In this document: positions 55,242 to 64,000 of the stretch, one piece after another
Layout: each line of letters starts with the position of its first letter
Numbering within the stretch: position 1 is the first letter of the stretch
Assembly (NCBI GenBank): GCA_951406725.2
Contig: OX597836.1
Coordinates: 27,900,001 to 27,964,000, forward strand
Length of the DNA stretch: 64,000 nucleotides
Origin: Octopus vulgaris
Taxonomy: Eukaryota
Direction of reading: 5' to 3'
Notes under the pieces: generated by a model
Seen by the model: only the letters and a program-made list of their open reading frames with translations
Databases searched by the model: none
Told to the model about the DNA's origin: nothing
Translations under genes and position numbers: made by a program

Positions 55242-56130
55242 GAGCTATGTGGTTCAGAAGTTCACTTCACAACCATCTGACCCAGGTTCGATTCCACTGG
55301 GATAGTATATTTTACAGTAGTCTGTAGTTTATTATGTATGTCTATATATATATATATATACATGCACACACAGACACGTACACACACATACACATGCATA
55401 GATAAATAGACAGATATGTATGCGCGTGAGTGCGTATGTGCGCGTACGTTTGTGTGTGTGTGTCCTTACCATTGGTTGAATTAGTTGAATTGAGCTCACC
55501 AACCCAACCAATGGTAAGCACACACAGACACACACACACACACACACGATGCTTTCTCTCTTTGCTCCCCCTCTGCATAAACAAGTTCCTCATTCATTTA
55601 ACTCCACACAAGAACCCACGAACCATTCTTTCCCTCCCCACTGGGTTTTTTTCCCACAGCTATTGCAGCTGAGGACGATAAACCACATCAATGTCTCTAA
55701 TTTGAGAGACCTACGAGTGCCATGACGCTGCTCCTCCTTAATTAATAAATAAAACAAAGATGAAAGCATGCTCTATTTATTCCGACGCTCTTAATAACGC
55801 AATTAAGAAGGTAAATTAGTTCGTTACAAAAGACAAAATTACATAAAACAAAGAGAGAAAATATTTATTCGCGTTAAACGCTTCCGAATCTCAATAAAGC
55901 AGACGATAATTAATTTGAAAATAATCTGACAATAACAACTTAAAAGTTACATATGAAAATTATGTCGTTCTGTTATGCCGTTTTTTTTTCTTTAATTAGC
56001 AGCACTTGAATACCTCGAGTTATTTAATTACGAAGCTTTATGTTAGGGTTTCAAACCACAATGAGAGTTCATTTTCCCTTCATCCATCTATTTTCTCCGA
56101 TGTTGTGAGAAAAGAATAAAAATAAATAAA

Positions 56131-56370
56131 TGCGCCCTTTTAAAGCCTAGCCAGGCTCATGGGCCCGGTTTCAGTGGCGTATGTGTTCCCCAGCTGGACG
56201 GGACACCAGTCCATCGCAGCGTTACTTATTTTTGCCAGCTGGGTGGACTGGAGCAACGTGAAATGAAGTGTTTTGCTCAAGAACACAACGCATCGGCCGG
56301 TCCAGAAATCGAAACCAAAATCTTACGATCATGATGCTGACGCCCTAACCACTAAGCCATGCACCTCCAC
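56131..56370 (-). mobile_element. tRNA-derived SINE with CORE-like and V-domain-like segments
   Basis: The minus strand has a tRNA head, TTCTTGAGCAAAACACTT, then GCGATGGACTGGTGTCCCGTCCAG, which resembles the V-SINE domain as I recall it. Confidence 0.7.
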
Positions 56371-57471
56371 ATAAATGTGCCCTCAAGAAAAGGGCTGTGA
56401 GAAAAACGTGGGGGAAAACAATAGCTCGTAATTTTTCTTCGACCAAAATCAAAGAGGAACATGGGACGATCGTAGGGTTAGAGCCTTCAGGCGCGTCCCC
56501 CGTGAGGTCCTATCGGAAGCAACCATCATTATACTTTCCAGCTAGATTCTCAGGCATGACCAAATGAGACTCTGGATATTATCAATCTATGTGAAGACAT
56601 GTGGTTTAGTGGTTAGGAGTATTCACCTCACTATCGTAAGGTCGTGAGTTCGATTCCCGGCGGGAAGTTGTGTCCTTGAGCAAGACTCTTCATTTCACAT
56701 TATTCAAGTCCACTGAAGGCGGTGAGCTGGCGGAATCGTTAGCACGCCAGGCGAATTTCTTAGTGGTATTTCGTCTGTCTTTATGTTCTGAGTTCAAATT
56801 CCACCAACCTCGGCGGAATTTGAACTCAGAACGTAGTGGCAGGCAAAATACCTATTTCTTTACTACCCACAAGGGGTCAAACACAGAGGGGACAAATAAG
56901 GACAGACAAACGGATTAAGTCGATATTACATCGACCCCAGTGCGCAACTGGTACTTATTTAATCGGCCCCGAAAGGATGAAAGGCAATGTCGACCACGGC
57001 GGAATTTGAACTCAGAACGTAACGGCAGACGAAATACCGCTAAGCATTTCGCCCGGCGTCCTAACGTTTCTGCCAGCTCACCGATACCAGTAATATGACA
57101 TACTGGGGATCAATCCAATCGACCATACCTACACACCTTGACATGTGTCTGTTTCTGTGAGTATTATAAAATGATTATTAACACAGTAAACTAGAGAGCT
57201 GTCAAGATTCAGAACGGTTTTAGTTACATTCCTTTACAATGAAAGTTCAAACTCCACTGAGGTCGACATCGCTTTTATTACTTCCCAGGCCAATGAAATA
57301 GAATACAATAATTGCCATACATACATACATACATACATACATACATACATACATACATACATACATACATACATACACACATACATGCACACTTATATAA
57401 CTATATATTTGTATAAATGTACATACACATATATACGTCTATACACATATATACGTGTGTATACGCACATA

Positions 57472-57553
57472 CAGTAATCCCTCGCCATATTGCGGATCAT
57501 CTATCGCGGGGAGGTTTTGGAATGTAACACCCGTGATAGTCAAGCCGTTACTA
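57472..57553. mobile_element. Short Tigger-like MITE remnant
   Basis: TA|CAGTAATCCCTCG left end and a decayed ..CGTTACTA|TA right end. Confidence 0.4.
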
Positions 57554-57799
57554 TACATACATACATACATACATACATACATACATACATACATACATAC
57601 ATACATACATACATACATACATACATACACACAGCTAAAGATCAGCAAAAAAGAGAATACCTACTCTTGACTATTGAGAAATCTCCAGTTACTCTATTCA
57701 AATTACAAGTTCATGTTTATACCTATAATTATTGGGGCCCTGGGATATATAACACACTGCCTAATTACCAATCTTGAGAAATTAGGCTTCTCGAAACTA

Positions 57800-57968
57800 G
57801 AAGGAGAAAGCTGATTCGAAAACTACAGATCCAATCCATCACTGGAACTGTAAAAATCTGTAAGACTTTCCAGAAGTTTATCATTTAAGTATATATGAGC
57901 ATGTTTAGACATGCTCATATATACTTAAATGATAAACTTCTGTAGTTTTCGAATCAGCTTTCTCCTTC
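57800..57968. repeat. Palindrome: perfect 34-bp inner stem, 4-nt loop, outer arm interrupted by ~41 bp
   Basis: 57871-57904 pairs with 57909-57942, and 57800-57825 pairs with 57943-57968. Confidence 0.9.
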
Positions 57969-58795
57969 ATGTCAATTTCAGTGAGGGGTATTCTACCAAT
58001 GTGATCTATTGAACTATTTACTCATTATATAAAAAGTGGCCGGATGTTCCGCAGACGTCGGGTATTGCTCTTAACGTAGTCATCAGACAGATTCAAACGA
58101 ATACATTCTGTGAGAACGTTGACAATTTCGGAATTACCGGGTACAGCGCACCAGACCGGTTTCGAATCTATAGGAGATCCGCATTGAAACCGCAATGATA
58201 TCGAACCCAGGACTTGATGATTGTGAAGCTAACGATTTAACCATTCGGCCATCCCAGGGAGAATGTTAACATCAACACATATGCCTTTCATTGGGCGCAC
58301 AGTGACACATACGCACACACGTATATTCAGAGACAAGCACGCATACACACACATACACTTACGCACACACACCACACACACACACTCACATGCACACACA
58401 AAAACACATAATTCACAACACATTATATATGACAACACGAAAATAATTTACTTGCTGATTCCCCCCACCCCCTCTCCCACCATTTTCTTCCTATTCCACC
58501 CCCACCCCTTATTTTCTTTTCCTCACTCCCCTCACACTCTCCTTTCCTCCTAAATTCCTCTAACCATATAATTAGATACAGTGACATTTACATCGCAAAC
58601 AACAACAACAACCACAACAACGACAGCAGCAGCAACAAAAACAACAAAAACAGGACGAGAAAAATAACAGATAAAAAGAAAAGATTAAATAACTAAAAAA
58701 TTTACCATAATTATAAAGCACCCCGCCTCTCCGAAATGCTACAACAAGCGACCACGAGTTTTTAGAGCGTTATTCCGATGATATAAACATGTTTA

Positions 58796-58940
<145 letters not shown>

Positions 58941-59015
58941 GCAGCTTTGAGATGCACCCGATTTTAAAAAATACATATATTTATATATATAGAGAGAGAT
59001 ATATATGTGTGTGTG

Positions 59016-59062
<47 letters not shown>

Positions 59063-59263
59063 GTGTGTGTATGTGTGTGTGTATGCATATATATATTTAT
59101 GTATACGTAGATGCACATCCCTCACTTTCCACGATGAATATTATTCCAGTTACTTAACTAAATCATTGTATAACTGGTTGAGTATATCGCAGCCACATGC
59201 ATCATGAACGTTATTATAAGGTAGATCAGGAAGATATTTTAGTCATGTATGAATATATCTATG

Positions 59264-59331
<68 letters not shown>

Positions 59332-59500
59332 GTACCACAGCATGAATTTCACGTCTAATAAAATTATTAACTAAAAATTCCTGACATTTGTTTTTAACTA
59401 TTTCAGATAATTTTCCGATGATTCATTCTTAGATAATACCTGAAACTCGGCGTTACATTGCGTTGACTCTAATATCTTGTACACACACACACACGCACAC

Positions 59501-59585
<85 letters not shown>

Positions 59586-59638
59586 GTTTAAATATTTGTT
59601 GTGCAAGATTTTTTATGTGAAGTCGTGTGTTGAAACAG

Positions 59639-59872
59639 ATATTGTTATATTTCGGAATGGTCATATTGCCAGTTTAGCCAATAAAGTAAGTGAGAAGAAA
59701 ACAAAGGACCACTGATGCGGTCACAGGAGTGTGACGAAAGAACTTTGGCCGAAATAAGATTAAGATTAATGTAAAAAATAAATATCACTGAAGCAAAATA
59801 ACACCAAATATATAGTGCGTGTGTTTTTATTGGCTAAACTGGCAATATGACCATTCCGAAATATAACAATAT
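59639..59872. repeat. Inverted repeat with perfect 47-bp arms and a 140-bp spacer, between (TA)n tracts
   Basis: ATATTGTTATATTTCGGAATGGTCATATTGCCAGTTTAGCCAATAAA and its exact reverse complement at 59826-59872. Confidence 0.92.
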
Positions 59873-60081
59873 ATATATATATATATATATATAGGCAGAG
59901 TTTACGAAAAAAAACAAAAGTCGAAGACAGGTGGTGTACAAAACAAACAGATGTATTAGTATAACGCTCAGGAATAGAAAAAGTCTTTTAAGTTTCGAGC
60001 CTACGCTCTTCTACAGAAAGGGACACAGAAAAAACAAGGAGAGAAAAAAAGTGTGTTTAGTGGCTAACGATCTATCATGGC

Positions 60082-60130
<49 letters not shown>

Positions 60131-60327
60131 AGAGATAGAGAGAGAGAGATACATATATATAAACAAAAATACATTTATGTTATGGGCGTATATATGTGCA
60201 TGTATGTGTATGTATGTTGTAAATAGGAGTGTGTATATATGTATGTATATATGCATATATGTATATATATGTATATATGTATATATATATGTATATATGT
60301 ATGTATGTATGCATGCATGTATGTATG

Positions 60328-60361
<34 letters not shown>

Positions 60362-60751
60362 TGTATGTATGTATGTATGAGTATACACATATATATCCAG
60401 GGCGTAGATTGTTTTATAATTGAAATAGTTCAGATCAAAAGGAGCAAAATAGGAAAGCAAAAAATTTTAATAAAATCGAGAAACGTAGAAAATTTTGTTT
60501 TAAGATATTCGTTGTTAACAGCTGCTCCCAAAATTACCTCATTTGCTATATTTTATTCTTTTATTCTTGTATTTGTTTTAGTCATTTGACTGCGGCCATG
60601 CTGGAGCATCACCTTTAGTCGAACAAATCCACTCCAGGACTTATTCTTTGTATAGTACTTACTTTGTAAGCCTAGTACTTACTCATCGGACACCAATAAC
60701 AACCACAACAACAACTGGTGTTAATTCTAAACTTTTAAAAATATGTTAACG

Positions 60752-61155
60752 ACATAGGTGCAAGAGTGGCTGTATTGTAAGAAAGCTTGCTTACCAACCA
60801 CATGGTTCCAGGTTCAGTTCCATGGTGTGGCACCTTGGGCAAGTGTCTTCTGCCTCGGGCAGACCAAAGCCTTGTCAGTGGATTTGATAGACGGAAACTG
60901 AAAGAAGCCTGTCGTATATATGCATATATATATATGTGAGTGTATGTGTATATGTTTGTGTGTCTGTGTTTGTCCCCCCAAAATCGCTTGACAACCGATG
61001 CTGGTGTGTTTACGTCCCCGTAACTTAGCGGTTCGGCAAAAGAGACCGATAGAAATAAGTCCTGGGGTCGATTTGCTCGACTAAAAAATGGTGGTGCTCC
61101 AGCATGGCCACAGTCAAATGATTGAAACAAGTAAAAGAGTAAAGAGTAAAAGAGT
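60752..61155 (+). mobile_element. SINE family A, full-length copy followed by a duplicated 3' half
   Basis: Head GTGGCTGT..AAGAAAGCTTG..GGTTCAGTTCC and tail (GTAAAAGA)n. The 3' half is repeated at 61155-61375. Confidence 0.88.
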
Positions 61156-61434
61156 ATATATGTATGTATGTGTGTGTATATGTTTGCGTGTCTGTGTTTG
61201 TTCCCGCAACATCGCTTGACAACCGATGGTGGTGTGTTTACGTCCCCGTCACTTAGCGATTCGATAAAAGTGACAGGCTTCCAAAGAATAAGTCCTGGGG
61301 TCGATTTGCTCGACTAAAGACGGTACTCCAGCATGGCCGCAGTGAAATAACTGAAACAAGTAAAAGAGTAAAAGAGATACCAAATAATATTTGCATATTA
61401 AGCTTTCGTTGACTTTCTCATGTGATGCTGTCAA

Positions 61435-61895
61435 TAATGTATATAGTGAACCTCGGTTGTCTTACGTAACACTACCAATAACATTTACATATTGAGCCTT
61501 GATTGCCTTACGTAATTCTATCAATAACATTTACATATTGAGCCTTGATTGCCTTACGAAATTCTATCAATGACATTTACATATTGAGCCTTGATTGTCT
61601 TACGTAATTCTATCAATGACATTTACATATTAAGCCTTGATTGTCTTACGTAATTCTATCAATGACATTTACATATTGAGCCTTGATTGCCTTACGTAAT
61701 TCTATCAATAACATTTACATATTGAGCCTTGATTGCCTTACGTAATTCTATCAATATTTACATATTGAGTCTGGGTTGTCTTATGAAATCTATCAATGAC
61801 ATTTGCATATTGAGTCTGGGTTGTCTTATGTAATCTACCAATGACATTTGCATATTGAGCCGCCGCTGTCTTATATAATGCTATGACTAACATTT
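61435..61895. repeat. 46-bp minisatellite, about 10 copies
   Basis: Unit ACATTTACATATTGAGCCTTGATTGCCTTACGTAATTCTATCAATA, homogeneous in the centre and diverged at the edges. Confidence 0.92.
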
Positions 61896-62308
61896 CTTAC
61901 GGTGCACTTCGTTAAAACACCGAACATAGTCTATTTTCTATTTGCTATTTACTCTTCTCACGACACACTAAAATGCCACACTTTATGCTGTTTGTTTGTT
62001 GATTAGTTGTCAGATGGTAGGTTGGCTTGCTGGCTGGTAAGTTGGTAGGTTATTTGGATGGTTGGATGGTTGGTGTGTCTTTCTGCGTGTAATTATTGCT
62101 GGATATTTTTTTATGGGTTGTTTTAGTTTTTGTTTTTCCTTTCTTTCCCACTGAATTAGTATCATTTGCCGTCACATACCACACAACCGTCAAAACGGCT
62201 TCGTATTCTTATGATTATATTTAATTATACAACTGTCCGCCATTCCTTTTCTCTACCCCCCTTCTCCTGCCCTTCCCTCTCTTTATCTTTATATTTGTGT
62301 GCAAGTAC

Positions 62309-62403
<95 letters not shown>

Positions 62404-63627
62404 TACATATAAACTTAGATACTTAGATACTTATATATACACGCTCACACACACATATATGTATATATACATACATGTACATATATATGTCCTTCTTTCT
62501 ATCACAAATACACATACTTATGTCAGCAAAAACAAGCAGCCGAGACCTAGTGGCTCGTCTGTTTCTGCCGGAAAATTTCAGTTGAAACGTAAAAATAGGA
62601 AAATATTTTATCTACCGTATTTTCCGGTGTATAAGCCGCTATTTTTTTTTTTTTACCTGAGAAATTTAGTGTGCGGCGTGCCTAATGTGTGTAATTTTAA
62701 TAAGTTTCAGGAGGAAAATAATTTGTGTATGGAGATCGACTGATTCCACTGACTTTTTTCAGAAGAAAGGTCGGTTGGTGAACAACGTGAAAGAACTGCT
62801 ACAATATATTGGTGCCGGGTAGAAAACAAAGCATATTTGTCTTGTTTTACCTTCATGTTTTGATAATGTTATTTTTAATCTAATAAATACTTTAATATTG
62901 ACGAAATGCGATTGTTGATGGTTATAGTAAGATAAAATTATAACAATACATCTCAACGAACACACAAAAGAGAAATGTTTGTGCCTGATTGTCTTGGGTC
63001 ACCTTCTGAAGTAAATTGCTTACATCACAATTGTTTGTGTACTAGAGGAACAAGGCGTGGAAATTTGCGTGGCGGGGAGCCAATCGATTACATCCACCGC
63101 AGTGCCCAACTGGTACTTATTTTTATCGACACCGAAAGGATAAAAGGAAAAGTTGACCGCGGCAGAATTTGAACTCACAACGCAAAGAACCGTAAGAAAC
63201 GACAGTAAAGCACATTCGTCCGGTATGCTAACGACTCTGCCAGATCGACACTTTAATATCCATTCTACGATAAGCACAAGGGCAAACAGATGGGGGGGTG
63301 GAGAAAGCCGATTATATCGACCCCAATGCTCAACACTTATTTCACCAATCTTGAAAGAATAAAAGGCAAAGTCGGCCACGGTAGAATTTGAACTCACCGC
63401 TCAAAGAGCTGTAATGCTAGTAAAGCGCTTGTGTCCGACGTGCCAACGATTCTGTCTGCTCGGCGCCTTTATATCACAGTTGTAATTGAAAAGCAGTGGA
63501 GTATCCGATGTTCTTCAACGAAGGAAAAATATTTTAATGACGTCTAGAAAATATTTTGCATTTTACAATTCTTAGTGTTTCCGTTAGAGTTTCCTGAGAT
63601 ATCAATTCACTTTTACTAAGTTCAGAC

Positions 63628-63738
<111 letters not shown>

Positions 63739-63884
63739 GTTCTTATCCACATTTGTCTGCCATCTGAAATGCCTTCCAGCTAGGTATGACATTGGAGTTT
63801 GTTCATACACACACACATACACTCACACACACACACGTATGGGCTTGCATATATATATATATCTATATGTATGTATGTGTATGA

Positions 63885-63943
<59 letters not shown>

Positions 63944-64000
63944 TGCATGTATGTATATATACCTTATATGTGTGCGTGCATACATACGATGCATCTTTAT

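Noticed and set aside
61435-61895. CRISPR-like regular array
   Set aside because: The units are contiguous with no unique spacers, there are no cas genes, and the context is eukaryotic.

Overview
AT-rich, microsatellite-saturated animal genomic DNA. The tRNA-derived SINE families point to a coleoid cephalopod, most likely Octopus (recognised from memory, not verified). Only two host protein-coding regions are well supported: paralogous, single-coding-exon heparan sulfate 3-O-sulfotransferase-like (HS3ST1/5-like) genes on the minus strand, at 2956-3885 and 22261-23187. Both keep the PAPS-binding and catalytic residues but have replaced most of the acceptor-recognition residues that are essential in vertebrate 3-OST-1. 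The rest is repeats: several SINE families, Penelope-like RT/GIY-YIG fragments, R4/Dong-like LINE fragments clustered in (TAA)n arrays, RTE and CR1 remnants, MITEs (piggyBac-, Merlin-, Tc1/mariner-, hAT-like), Helitron-like ends and a short 18S rRNA 5' fragment. About ten hammerhead-ribozyme-like motifs are scattered through the window, one nearly intact at 54129-54173 and several inside long inverted repeats. Almost all other ORFs in the track are translations of simple repeats. All alignments, counts and folds were done by eye; repeat boundaries are approximate.
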